IMG/VR virus record: IMGVR_UViG_3300027690_000123
Coordinates: 49,991 to 113,990 of that record
From: a virus
DNA: 64,000 nt
Reading direction: 5' to 3' (one strand)
Part shown: positions 35,401-45,209 of the stretch, piece by piece
How the letters are laid out: each line of letters opens with the position of its first letter
Position numbering within the stretch: the first letter of the stretch is position 1
Notes under the pieces: model-generated
Told to the model about the DNA's origin: nothing
The model's database searches: none
Seen by the model: the letters and a program-made list of their open reading frames with translations, nothing else
Translations under genes and position numbers: made by a program

Positions 35401-38313
35401 ATGCAGCATTTCATCTACGTCGATTTGGTAAAAGCACATGTCAAAGCTCATTTCCGTCGTGATCCGAAAACCGGCAAACTGCTGTTCATCAAGGATTACG
35501 ATTCCAAAGTTCATGGCAAGGCAGATCTTGAGTTTCACCAGGGCCATCAGGTTAGGGTGAACAACCCCCGGAGCAAATTCCACGGCCAGGTGATGACTGT
35601 CCGCCATTACTCCGACAAGTACAATGTCGTGCGTTTAAATATCCCCGGGAAAAACCATACCGCCGATTTTGAGCCCCATCAGTTGGAGCATCATACGCCG
35701 GTAGCCGGCAGCGCCTCGCCGGCGACACCTCCGCCGGCTAAAGCCATGACGTTGGATGATGCCAAGACTGCGTTGGGGTTGGCTGGGATCTCTTTTGCTT
35801 CTGCGGAAATGGCCCACGAAAGAAAGCGGGTCGAATCGATGGATGCAGCCAAGCTCAAGGCCAGGATCTCCAAGATCAAAGAGAGCCAGAAGCTCTACAA
35901 TTTCATGCGGGCGTTGATGGAGTGGGGTACCGCCGATAAGCGGGAAGTCGCCAAAGACATCGAAAAGGAATTGATCAAGCGAGCGGAGGATAAGAAGGCT
36001 GCTGCGCCGGCAGCTAAACCGGTAACCAAGCCGCCAGCCACCCCGCCGGCGGTTGCAAAAATCACTTTCGATCCTGGGGATAGGGTCCGAATCAGTAATC
36101 CCCGCAGCAAGCATCACGACAAGGAGGGTGTGGTCACCTCCTTTTCCGACAAGTACAACGTGGTCCGATTGAAACTCGATGACGGTTCCTACACGGATGT
36201 GAGCCCGGCTTCTGCAGTTAACCTGTCGGGGAACAACCAGTCAGCTCCGGCGGCACAACCAGCTCCTGAACCGGAAAAAACTCCCGAACCTCCGAAGGCT
36301 CCCGAACCTCCGAAGACTGCGGCGGATTTTCCGCATGACAAAGCGGCTGCCTGGAAATACGCCAGCAACGATCAACGGTCCTTGGCCCGGGTCACGGGGA
36401 TGGTCCCGCTGGACGACAAAGCGGCCGAATACATCAAGAAAAATCTTCAGAAAATCACTGCGAAGGCTGGGACGACGAATGTACCTTCCTCCGGTTACAG
36501 AGCGAGCAATGACAGGTGGTATGGGGTCAAGACCCGAGGTGGGTACACCATCCCGAAATATGTGAATGAGTATTTGAATTCGGATTGGCGTACCACAGGC
36601 GATATCATGACCGCTTTCCGTCTTGATGTTAAAGGCGACAAGCCTATTTCCGATACGGCGATTGGTTTCATCCAACGCGGAAAAGAGGACTGGGAAAAGG
36701 CTGGCTACGATTATGTTAAAATCGAGGAAGATCTCAAGGAACTCGGCAAGCTCATCGAGGAAGCGGTTTCGAAAGAAACAGCCAAACAGCAACATTCATT
36801 GCTTGCGGTAGATTTTATGCTTGAGAATCTCGCCCATTCTTTGCGGATAAAAAATACTGGGCCTGATTCGCATCAGGTCAAGCCGTCTGAGTTCATGAAA
36901 ACAATGATGGAAAAATTTACTCCGGATATGAAAGTCTCCGAGTTCTTGGACCACTATACCAAGTTGAATGCTGATGATCTGCTTGATCTAAAATCGGTCA
37001 AGGAGCTTTTTCACGCTTATGCCGGCCCCGGTTTTCAAGGCAATCCGGAACATCTCACCATGAGGGATGTAACCGATGGCTTGACTCGTTTTATGGGGAG
37101 AGCGCGCAAGATCGCTTGGACTGGGAGCCCTGCTGATGATATTGAAATGCGGGGTTTTCTCAATGTGATGAAAGAACGTAGCAGTGCAGTTCGATATCTG
37201 CATGAAAAATTTGGTGTCGAACTGGCGACTATTATCAAAGATAGGGGCTTTTCCGGGGATAACGATTCAATGACTTCCTTTATTGCATCCGGCGGTGTTG
37301 GAGCCCCACCTTTTGCCAGATGGTCCAATTTCCGGGTTATAGAGCCGGGAATGGTTACTTACCCTCAGAAAAAAATATCAGACGAAATTCTCAAGAGAAT
37401 CAAAAACAGCGACATCTTGCGAGATCAGTGGGCGGCGAATTATGTCACTGTCGTGGGACAGGCTAACTTGACGAAAAATTATAACCGGCCGTTTAAAAGC
37501 CGGGTTTTTCCGAGAGGTTTGATTCAAGATCAAGGCCCGCGAGCGGTTGGGATGAAAATTGCCCGACAAAGCGGCAAAGTGGATGACATCGCCGATAGTA
37601 TGTCCAAGCGGTATTGGAAAGAGGTCGAGAAACAGAAAAAGCTCAAGGCATCGGGGCAAAAAGGAGCCGACCCGGCGGATCGAAGTGACCCACCGCCGGA
37701 TTACTTGGGCTGTACGTTCAAATCCGTGGATGACAAGACGGCCAATTTTCTCCGAAAAAAGATTGAAAAGGCCTGGGATAAAGATGTGCATGGCGGGTTC
37801 TTTTTCAAAATCCATGGGATCTATCAAATCGGCGGCATGGATCATCACGGTAAATACAAAAAGATTGAGAAAGATCGTGACAACGTCATGTATGGCTACC
37901 ACTCGACCAATTTCCAAGCAGCCGCATCGATTGTGAAGTCGTCTTATCGGGCTGGCGGCGGGATGCTCGGCGACGGGGTTTATGTTACGGATGTGAGTTC
38001 CAAAAGCGCACAATATCTTTTGGGCAACTGCAACGTAACCCGGCGTCCGGGGACTCGGGGCGTCTTTCTGATGAACAAGGTTTCTTTGGGCAAAGTCCAT
38101 GACAAGAGCTATGGGGCTCCGAATTCCAATCCCCACGAAACTCCCAGTCTCGACAAAGCGGATACGGTTTTTGCTCCCAAAAACAAGATGGTTCCGGGTT
38201 ATTCGACAAAGGTGTTGAACGATGAACATGCGGTCAAGGATGCCAATGCCGTCATTCCGATGTATTGGGTGGATTTGGAATTAACGGATCGTTCCGGCAA
38301 AACTAACCCGTAA
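35401..38313 (+). CDS. Multidomain protein with a C-terminal PARP-like (H-Y-E) ADP-ribosyltransferase
   Basis: YHST (H at 37900), GDGVYVTD (Y at 37981), NDEHAV (E at 38224), FLMNKVSLGK; two KOW-like repeats and P/A linkers at the N-terminus. Confidence 0.8.
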   Translation: MQHFIYVDLVKAHVKAHFRRDPKTGKLLFIKDYDSKVHGKADLEFHQGHQVRVNNPRSKFHGQVMTVRHYSDKYNVVRLNIPGKNHTADFEPHQLEHHTPVAGSASPATPPPAKAMTLDDAKTALGLAGISFASAEMAHERKRVESMDAAKLKARISKIKESQKLYNFMRALMEWGTADKREVAKDIEKELIKRAEDKKAAAPAAKPVTKPPATPPAVAKITFDPGDRVRISNPRSKHHDKEGVVTSFSDKYNVVRLKLDDGSYTDVSPASAVNLSGNNQSAPAAQPAPEPEKTPEPPKAPEPPKTAADFPHDKAAAWKYASNDQRSLARVTGMVPLDDKAAEYIKKNLQKITAKAGTTNVPSSGYRASNDRWYGVKTRGGYTIPKYVNEYLNSDWRTTGDIMTAFRLDVKGDKPISDTAIGFIQRGKEDWEKAGYDYVKIEEDLKELGKLIEEAVSKETAKQQHSLLAVDFMLENLAHSLRIKNTGPDSHQVKPSEFMKTMMEKFTPDMKVSEFLDHYTKLNADDLLDLKSVKELFHAYAGPGFQGNPEHLTMRDVTDGLTRFMGRARKIAWTGSPADDIEMRGFLNVMKERSSAVRYLHEKFGVELATIIKDRGFSGDNDSMTSFIASGGVGAPPFARWSNFRVIEPGMVTYPQKKISDEILKRIKNSDILRDQWAANYVTVVGQANLTKNYNRPFKSRVFPRGLIQDQGPRAVGMKIARQSGKVDDIADSMSKRYWKEVEKQKKLKASGQKGADPADRSDPPPDYLGCTFKSVDDKTANFLRKKIEKAWDKDVHGGFFFKIHGIYQIGGMDHHGKYKKIEKDRDNVMYGYHSTNFQAAASIVKSSYRAGGGMLGDGVYVTDVSSKSAQYLLGNCNVTRRPGTRGVFLMNKVSLGKVHDKSYGAPNSNPHETPSLDKADTVFAPKNKMVPGYSTKVLNDEHAVKDANAVIPMYWVDLELTDRSGKTNP

Positions 38314-38326
38314 AAGAGGCTGAAAA

Positions 38327-38623
38327 ATGATGCTCGTTAATCATTCGAATTATTTCGATTACAATGGCCAGATTTACTGTGAAAAACTCATGGATGTGGT
38401 CCGGGCCGATGAGCAGCATTACGAGAACTATTGCCTGAATTGCCGTTTTTTCAATGGGCACCTGTTCGGCGAGGGGGTGGAGTGTCTTTACGAGGACTCC
38501 ACGGTCAAGGACGGTGAGGAAGTGATCGGTGTAACCGATCCTTTCGAGTACCTGGATAAGCGTCGCAAAGCACGTTCTATTGAAAGAGAACGCAAGGCAA
38601 CCGATTTCACCGTAAAGCGGTAG
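38327..38623 (+). CDS. Hypothetical protein
   Basis: ORF filling the gap; CLNC..C motif. Confidence 0.6.
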   Translation: MMLVNHSNYFDYNGQIYCEKLMDVVRADEQHYENYCLNCRFFNGHLFGEGVECLYEDSTVKDGEEVIGVTDPFEYLDKRRKARSIERERKATDFTVKR

Positions 38624-38632
38624 CGAGGGGCC

Positions 38633-39328
38633 ATGTCGCACGTCAAGCAATACACCCGGGTCAGCCACGGCAAAATGCAGACCGTTCGCGCCTATGATGA
38701 TAAGCGTTCGCGGTCTGGAAAAAAGGTTTCACACCATGTCGTGACGATTGACAAGGGGATGGAAAAGATCAGGGAAACGGTTACGGAGCTGCTGCGGACG
38801 GATGCGGGCGTCAAGGAGCTGGAGGCCAAGGTCAAGTCCGGCGGCTTTTTAAAGTCTTTGCCCGAGGTGGCGGCGTTGTATGGGGTCGAACAAGGCGTCC
38901 ACCATCCCTATCGGGATACCTTCGATCATACGATCCAGGTCATAAAACACTTGCCAGCGGATGCCAGCGATAACGTCCGCTGGGCGGCGTTGCTGCATGA
39001 TATCGGCAAATCAACGACCCAACAGGTACATCCGGATCGGGGCATCGTGTTCGATGGCCATGAATACGCTGGCTACAAGATGGTGGGCAAGGTTCTCGAT
39101 CGCCTGGGGTTCTCCAAGGATGATCAGGCAGAGATCAAGCATCTGGTCCTTCATCATGGCAACCTGCGGACCAAATTCCTTCGATCGGACGAAAGCGAGG
39201 CTCGGGAATTTATGGCCCACAAGCATTTTGAGACTTTGCTGGCGTTGCATCGAGCGGATGTGAAAGCGTCCGGCCGGGATCCGAAAGAGGTGCTCGATGC
39301 CATCGATGAATTAAGGCAAAAAGATTAG
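38633..39328 (+). CDS. HD-domain phosphohydrolase (CCA-enzyme/poly(A) polymerase-type HD)
   Basis: HHPYRDTFDHT, RWAALLHDIGK, FDGHEYAG, LVLHH, LHRAD. Confidence 0.85.
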   Translation: MSHVKQYTRVSHGKMQTVRAYDDKRSRSGKKVSHHVVTIDKGMEKIRETVTELLRTDAGVKELEAKVKSGGFLKSLPEVAALYGVEQGVHHPYRDTFDHTIQVIKHLPADASDNVRWAALLHDIGKSTTQQVHPDRGIVFDGHEYAGYKMVGKVLDRLGFSKDDQAEIKHLVLHHGNLRTKFLRSDESEAREFMAHKHFETLLALHRADVKASGRDPKEVLDAIDELRQKD

Positions 39329-39344
39329 TTTTATCCATAAATAC

Positions 39345-39358
39345 AAGTAAGTAATTAC
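39345..39358. promoter_or_regulatory. Palindromic motif copy (AAGTAAGTAATTAC)
   Basis: Ahead of the gene at 39380. Confidence 0.7.
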
Positions 39359-39379
39359 ATATATTGGAGGCCCGGCTAT

Positions 39380-41539
39380 ATGTTGATCGATCTGAAAAAC
39401 ATCAAGGTTGTACCCTTGGCTGAATTTGATTTGGAAAAAGCGGCCTTCAAGCACGGGTACTACACCCATCTGGTGCCAAAAAAAGTCGTTGGCAAGGATG
39501 GAGTTGAGCGGATCCACTGGGTCAATCCGGACAAGGACAAAAAGACCAAGCTGGCCCGAGTGTCTCATCATCGGGAGGGTAATGAAGCCGAACACCATGC
39601 CGAGATCAGTCAGAAGCATATAATTGATCCGAAGGATTTGCAGAGGTTTTCCGAGGGCGACAAGGTGGTTGTATCCTGGGGCGCTCATAAGGGCCGTGAA
39701 GGGGTTTTCCGCGGGGATTTGGCCGGTCCTTCGCCGAGGGTGTCGGTTGCGCTTTTCAATGCGAAAACCGGCAAGCATGAAGCCAAGACGATGAACATCA
39801 ATTACATCAAGTTGGTTCACCGGGCGGATGAAGAAACCAAAAAGGTAATCGAGCGCAAGACCGTCGAGGCGACCAATCTGAAAGGGGAAACGATTCTGGT
39901 CGATCGTGGGGATTTTGAAAAATACTACAAGGACCGGGACAAGAAAAAGACGATTCAAGAGCGGGTGGCCGAGGAAGCCAAGCGCCTGGTAGTCGGCGGC
40001 GTGTACCGGCGGCCGGATGGTCGGATGATCGGGGTTGAATCGTCGCTGAAGGTCGGGTCTTCGACGCAATATTCTATCAGGGTGGTTGACCGAAGAAAAA
40101 AAGCGGACAAGGTGGGAAAGGTCGACGAAGACCGGCTGCAGGGAATCTTGGACAAGCAGAAATATGAGCGGGTGCCCCGGCCGACGATCACCAAAGAGGC
40201 GAAAACTTTTGATGAAGACGACGGCACCTGGAAAAAATGGGTAACGGACAAGCCGCTCAGTGCAGATCTGGAAAGCGGCGAGCTGCATCGTAAAGGGCAT
40301 TTCGGTTACGATGCAAAAACGGGGATGCGGGTTCCTACAGAAGCCGATGAGGACATTGCCCGTAAAATCCTTGCCGAGCATTGGTCGATGCTGGAACGCA
40401 CGGTAAACAACCGCGTAGCGAAATATCCCACGGTGCCGGAGGGTGAAATCAGCCCAGCCGACATCATCGATGGTTTGACCAAGGCGGTGGCCAGTTACGA
40501 ACCGTTGCTCGATACCGGGGGCGGGATTGAGGGGCGCCTCCGGAAGTATGCCGACTCCTACGCCCGGAGTGAGGCTGAAAAGATCCATGAGCGGGAAACG
40601 GCGACGGTGCGGGATGACTTGGTCAAGGAGGATGGGGATACCACCGATGCTCCGATCACGTCGGCTGTCGATAAGGCGGCTGTCAAAGAGATGATCGGGG
40701 ATCTCAACGAGATCATGGCTTCTGCCTTTGTTTCCAAACAAGATGCGATGATCTTGGAGGAAGGCCTTGCCGATGAGGCAGACATGATGAGTTGGCTCTA
40801 CGGGGATGAAAAGATCCTCGATGTCATGAAGCGGTGGACCGGCATCGGTGAGTTTGAATCGACCATCACCAAAAAGGAAGCTGCAGCCGAACTGACCGGT
40901 TTGGCTTACAACCCGGCGACGATGGAGCCTTACGCGACTTCGACGATCGAAACGCTGCTGCTTCCTCGGGAGCTTAACCGAATTATTGAGGCTTTCCAGA
41001 ATGAGGGGATGCTCTATCCCGAGTTCATGGCGACGCTGAAAAAAGATGTCAACCTTCGGAATAAGTTGGCCCGGAATCGAAAAATCCTTCCTGTCCATCC
41101 GAAGGATGAGAAGGTCATCGCCGTTGTCCGCGAAAAGGTCAAAGAGTCCAAGGGTCGGGCGATCTATGCGGCCCAATTGATTCGCCGCGGGGTACCGCCG
41201 CGGTATGCGCCGGCGGTGATGCAGCTTGGTGATCGGATCATGGCCGGCCGAAGTGCTCCGTATGATTACGCCAAGCAGCTTCCCCGTGAGGTGTGGAAAG
41301 ACGGGGCGAAGGCACTGACGCAGTGGTTCAAAGATCAATTGCCTACATCGGTGTTTGCTGGCAAACGAGCTGCAGCATTCAATTTGCCCCAGCGGTTCGA
41401 TGTTGAGGGTCCGATAAACAGGGCAATCGCTGATGAAAAGCGGCTGAAGGAAGAAAACGAGCAGGCGGCCAGCCGCGAATATTCCAAGATGGGGAAAGAG
41501 CCCCCGGCGCCTCCAAAGCCCACTAAGGTAATTATCTAA
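39380..41539 (+). CDS. 719-aa protein with a KOW-like motif and a sigma70 region 2/4-like segment
   Basis: EGDKVVVSWGAHKGREG; DIIDGLTKAVASYEP...RKYADSYAR; ITKKEAAAEL. Confidence 0.5.
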   Translation: MLIDLKNIKVVPLAEFDLEKAAFKHGYYTHLVPKKVVGKDGVERIHWVNPDKDKKTKLARVSHHREGNEAEHHAEISQKHIIDPKDLQRFSEGDKVVVSWGAHKGREGVFRGDLAGPSPRVSVALFNAKTGKHEAKTMNINYIKLVHRADEETKKVIERKTVEATNLKGETILVDRGDFEKYYKDRDKKKTIQERVAEEAKRLVVGGVYRRPDGRMIGVESSLKVGSSTQYSIRVVDRRKKADKVGKVDEDRLQGILDKQKYERVPRPTITKEAKTFDEDDGTWKKWVTDKPLSADLESGELHRKGHFGYDAKTGMRVPTEADEDIARKILAEHWSMLERTVNNRVAKYPTVPEGEISPADIIDGLTKAVASYEPLLDTGGGIEGRLRKYADSYARSEAEKIHERETATVRDDLVKEDGDTTDAPITSAVDKAAVKEMIGDLNEIMASAFVSKQDAMILEEGLADEADMMSWLYGDEKILDVMKRWTGIGEFESTITKKEAAAELTGLAYNPATMEPYATSTIETLLLPRELNRIIEAFQNEGMLYPEFMATLKKDVNLRNKLARNRKILPVHPKDEKVIAVVREKVKESKGRAIYAAQLIRRGVPPRYAPAVMQLGDRIMAGRSAPYDYAKQLPREVWKDGAKALTQWFKDQLPTSVFAGKRAAAFNLPQRFDVEGPINRAIADEKRLKEENEQAASREYSKMGKEPPAPPKPTKVII

Positions 41540-41624
41540 GGGGCTTGACGGTTGTTGAAATTCGGAATACAAATAAAGTATCGATCGAAACCGAATCGAA
41601 TCATATCATATCAAAGGTGACTCT

Positions 41625-42122
41625 ATGGATTTAAACAAGATGCGGGATGATGTTCTGGAAAGCCTTCGGATCAAGTACAAGGAATCTCCGGAACTTTTGA
41701 GTGACGGTGCTAAGGCGATCATGGCTATTCTTTCAACGACCAAATACATGGATTTGTACGACGCCAAGGGGGACATGTTCGCGGACATGTTCCGCCGGGT
41801 CGAATTGGCTGAACAATTACTGGTTGAATACGAAAACAAAACCTACAAGGGGCCGGGGGATGTCAGTAATATGATTTGCCAGCTCATCCCGATCGAGATG
41901 GTGGAAACAGCCGAACATTATACCCACTTAAACGATCTTGTGTACCGGATGCAAAAGGTTTTGGATCGTAACATCTGCCTGGGTATTCGGGAATATGAGA
42001 AAGCGAACAATTTGTCTCCGTTGGATCTGAGCCATCCACTTGATCATCTTGCCGAGGATCTTGCTCTTGCTGGGTATAAAGATACTGATGAAGACCTGCT
42101 TGCTGATGACGGTGAGGGGTAG
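41625..42122 (+). CDS. Hypothetical protein
   Basis: ORF downstream of a TTGACG-17-TACAAA promoter-like sequence (41545-41573). Confidence 0.65.
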   Translation: MDLNKMRDDVLESLRIKYKESPELLSDGAKAIMAILSTTKYMDLYDAKGDMFADMFRRVELAEQLLVEYENKTYKGPGDVSNMICQLIPIEMVETAEHYTHLNDLVYRMQKVLDRNICLGIREYEKANNLSPLDLSHPLDHLAEDLALAGYKDTDEDLLADDGEG

Positions 42123-42123
42123 C

Positions 42124-42336
42124 ATGCCGATCGTGGAATTAGAACACAACCTTCAGGATTTTGAACTCGAGGAAACCCTCGAAAAAGCACTTGGTACCAT
42201 CCGTCAAAAGATCCAGCGGCCGGCTCGTAAATTCAGGCAACCGGCCCTGGAGGAACTGGCCCGGACGGTGACTGGTCAATTTGATGGTCAGATGAAAAAG
42301 ATGACCAAGCGGATCGAGGGCGTCATCCAGGGATAA
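42124..42336 (+). CDS. Small hypothetical protein
   Basis: ATG 42124, MPIVELEHNLQDFELEETLEKA... Confidence 0.55.
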   Translation: MPIVELEHNLQDFELEETLEKALGTIRQKIQRPARKFRQPALEELARTVTGQFDGQMKKMTKRIEGVIQG

Positions 42337-42355
42337 TTTTTTTGGCCTCGTGTCG

Positions 42356-42369
42356 AAGTAATTAATTAG
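42356..42369. promoter_or_regulatory. Palindromic motif copy (AAGTAATTAATTAG)
   Basis: One mismatch; intergenic. Confidence 0.6.
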
Positions 42370-42378
42370 GTTGACCAT

Positions 42379-42627
42379 ATGAGCGAAGCGGAAAAAGAGT
42401 TCACCTTCGGGGCAGAAACGGTCAGAGCGATATTTGAGGAAATCCGGGAGAACCACCGCCGGCTGGATCGTTGCCCCGGGCCTCATGATTTTGGGGTGAC
42501 CGACCAAAGCGGTTTCAATTTCCGTCAGAAATGCACCTGCAGCAAATGTGGGGGTGTTCTCGATGGAGTGGCCCTGCGTTGGTATTTGAAGGGTTTGGAA
42601 CACGGGAAAAAGCTGCATGCTGAATAA
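42379..42627 (+). CDS. Small Cys/His protein
   Basis: CPGPHDF...CTCSKCG. Confidence 0.6.
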   Translation: MSEAEKEFTFGAETVRAIFEEIRENHRRLDRCPGPHDFGVTDQSGFNFRQKCTCSKCGGVLDGVALRWYLKGLEHGKKLHAE

Positions 42628-43456
42628 AGACCAAGTTGCCGAAATTGCCCGGATCATCCGCGAACATGTGGGTGTCGCTATTTATTATCTGACCGGGTCA
42701 CCGCCGGCGGGGATCAATGTCGATAAGCTGCGGGCGGCTGGAATTATTGGTCCGGATGTTCCCGACAGTGTCATCGCCGATGCCTACCTGTACGGGGTGC
42801 TGTCTTCGCTCGACCCGAAGGTAGCTTCGGCACCGTTTTCGGTGATCAAAGAAACCCTTCGGAACCTGCCGCTCAGTCCGATCGAAAAAGCAACGGTTGA
42901 ATGGCTCAACACCTCGGCTGCGCTTTATTGCCAGGGCTTGGGGAACCGGATTGAGACAGCGACGATGCGGATCATCCACGATGCTGCCAAAGAGGCAGTC
43001 ATGCGGGACACGATCCAAACCACGATGTCGGCGGCAACCCGGCATCGTAAAACCCGGGGTGAGATGGTCACCTTGCTTCGACGGGCGACAGAGGATGTTC
43101 AGCGGGATTGGCATCGGATCGTCAACACCGAGTTGCATAGCGCCAGGACACATGGCGTGGCCCATGGGATAACAAAGCAGTTCGGGCCTGATGCCTATGT
43201 CGTCGTCCGGCCCCATCCTGATTGCTGTGACCTGTGCCGGGAGGCTTTTCTTTCCCGGGGAGTGCCCCGGGTGTTCAAGTTGGCGGACCTGGCTGCGCGG
43301 AGCAATATCGATCGCACGGCGGCTGAGATCCGGCGGGCGCCCGGGATGCCGCCGGTTCATCCTCATTGCTTGTGTGAGATGTCGTACTTCAATCCGAAGC
43401 TTCACGAATTCGACAAAGAAGGGCGGGTCGTTTTCAAACAGTTCAAGGGGGATTAA
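42617..43456 (+). CDS. MuF/SPP1 gp7-like head morphogenesis protein
   Basis: RDWHRIVNTELHSA; CCDLC; PPVHPHCLC. Confidence 0.8.
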   Translation: MLNKDQVAEIARIIREHVGVAIYYLTGSPPAGINVDKLRAAGIIGPDVPDSVIADAYLYGVLSSLDPKVASAPFSVIKETLRNLPLSPIEKATVEWLNTSAALYCQGLGNRIETATMRIIHDAAKEAVMRDTIQTTMSAATRHRKTRGEMVTLLRRATEDVQRDWHRIVNTELHSARTHGVAHGITKQFGPDAYVVVRPHPDCCDLCREAFLSRGVPRVFKLADLAARSNIDRTAAEIRRAPGMPPVHPHCLCEMSYFNPKLHEFDKEGRVVFKQFKGD

Positions 43457-43839
43457 TGTCAGATTCAGCCTCTCCATTCATTGTTGCGATCGATTTTGAT
43501 GGAGTGATCGCCCAGTACGACGGCTATAAAGGGGACGATCATTTCCTTCCGCCGAAACCTTGGGCCAAGGAAGCGATCGATGTTTTGCGGGGCCACGGGA
43601 TTAAAGTCATCATTTGGACCTGTCGGAACAATGAAGTTTGCTTGAAGGAATATCTGGACAAATACGAGATCGGCTACGATGCGATCAATGCGGATGTTCA
43701 TCCTGAGATCAAATCGCCTAATCAGATCTCCCGAAAGGTATTGGCCGATGTCTATGTGGATGATCGGGCTGTCCATTTTATCGAGTGGAACAGCGTAATG
43801 GAACAGATCCTTGACCGGATGGCAGCGGGGGTCAAATGA
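43456..43839 (+). CDS. HAD-family phosphatase
   Basis: AIDFDGVI, IWTCR, YVDDRA. Confidence 0.85.
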   Translation: MSDSASPFIVAIDFDGVIAQYDGYKGDDHFLPPKPWAKEAIDVLRGHGIKVIIWTCRNNEVCLKEYLDKYEIGYDAINADVHPEIKSPNQISRKVLADVYVDDRAVHFIEWNSVMEQILDRMAAGVK

Positions 43840-44060
43840 CGAAAGGCTTGGTCGCATGCGGTACTTGCGGCAGTGAAATGATCCGGGAATATCCTGACGG
43901 AAAGAAAAAACTCCGGACCAGCATACTTGTTTGGGAGGGGGATCGCTGCATCGGAAAATGCCGAAAATGCGGGGCTGACGTGGTTTTGCCGGTGCAGTTG
44001 GCTATGCCGGTTTCTGCTACTCCGAAAAAAAAGTTGGTTCATATCGTTTATCCCCGTTGA
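43836..44060 (+). CDS. Small zinc-ribbon protein
   Basis: CGTC...CRKC. Confidence 0.6.
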   Translation: MTKGLVACGTCGSEMIREYPDGKKKLRTSILVWEGDRCIGKCRKCGADVVLPVQLAMPVSATPKKKLVHIVYPR

Positions 44061-44102
44061 CAGGTATTTTTGATTCTGGCTATAATATAAGTATCTAATT
44101 AC
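44057..44102 (+). promoter_or_regulatory. Sigma70-like promoter TTGACA-18-TATAAT followed by motif AAGTATCTAATTAC (44089-44102)
   Basis: Consensus hexamers upstream of the protease-capsid operon. Confidence 0.8.
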
Positions 44103-44289
44103 TGTAATTAGTTCGGTTTGTGGCTAAATCTAAGGGGGCAGGAATGATTTTCTAAGCGGTCGGGGTATGTTGGGTTAGCTCGTTTCATTTTCGGTTGCTG
44201 TCGGTGGGCAGCGTTAAGCTCCAATTTTGAGGGAGTATTCGGCAGGAAAATTGCGCCGTTTACTCCCTCTTTTTATTTGAAGGTCTGAC

Positions 44290-45192
44290 ATGATGGAAAA
44301 CCAAACGCCAATTGGGTTCCACGAGGACGGGTCATTCCGGTTCCATGTTCCCATCGATCTGAAAAAAGGGGACGATGGCAAGACATGGATTGAAGGGGTC
44401 GCCAGCGTTGAAAGAGAAGACATCGCCGGCGAAACGGTTATCTTGGCCGGGATGGATCTGTCCTATCTTTTGAGCCGCGGCTATTTCAACGACAATCATG
44501 CCAAGACCACCGATGCAAAGGTCGGCGTCCCCACCGAAGCGAAAGTTACGCCCAATGGGTTGCAGGTCAAAGGGTATCTGTTCGACACACCCCGGGCCAA
44601 AGGCATTGTTGAGTTGGCCGAGGCCCTGCAGAAATCCGGCAGCGAGCGCCGCCTGGGTTTCAGTGTTGAAGGAAAGACCCTCAAGCGTGACGGCAAGATC
44701 ATCAAACAGTGTTGGGTCAAGGATATTGCCATCACCGCCGAGCCGGTCAACCCCTACACCTACCTCGATGTCATCAAAAGCATTTCCCATGATATCGCCG
44801 TCAATGGTTATGTCGATGATCTGGAGGAAAAGGCCCAGGCCCCGAATATAGTAGAGCCTGAGCCGTTGGGCTACTGGGACCGCCTGGAACAGATTTTTTC
44901 CAGGTGCTTGTCAAAGATCTTTGGGGGCAAAGCTCAATCCGATTTGGAAAAGATGATGATGGCCGGAACCCAGCGGCCCGTCGAGGATGGGGGATCAGCC
45001 CTTCGGAAAGAGGCAGTCGAGGAAGGGGTGACGAATCTGGACATCCCGCAAGGTGAAACGAAAGAGCTAACCGAGGATGAAGCCGTCCAATATCTGATGC
45101 GACGTGGTTATTCCGAGGAAAACGCAAAACGGGTCGCAAATATGATTTTCAATACCGAAAATCGGAAGTTCTTGGCAACTGTCGGCCTATAA
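44290..45192 (+). CDS. Prohead (maturation) protease
   Basis: IEGVAS...DIAGE, NDNH, GFSVEG, AITAEPVN; position before scaffold and MCP. Confidence 0.88.
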   Translation: MMENQTPIGFHEDGSFRFHVPIDLKKGDDGKTWIEGVASVEREDIAGETVILAGMDLSYLLSRGYFNDNHAKTTDAKVGVPTEAKVTPNGLQVKGYLFDTPRAKGIVELAEALQKSGSERRLGFSVEGKTLKRDGKIIKQCWVKDIAITAEPVNPYTYLDVIKSISHDIAVNGYVDDLEEKAQAPNIVEPEPLGYWDRLEQIFSRCLSKIFGGKAQSDLEKMMMAGTQRPVEDGGSALRKEAVEEGVTNLDIPQGETKELTEDEAVQYLMRRGYSEENAKRVANMIFNTENRKFLATVGL

Positions 45193-45209
45193 CACAAGGA
45201 GGACAAATC

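Noticed and set aside
39311-41572. 753-aa minus-strand ORF
   Set aside because: Antisense shadow of the gene at 39380; no recognisable motifs; expected from GC-rich codon bias
44103-44289. Possible structured RNA in the protease leader, and tRNA/rRNA genes generally
   Set aside because: No convincing cloverleaf or known RNA motif by eye; Infernal or tRNAscan would be needed
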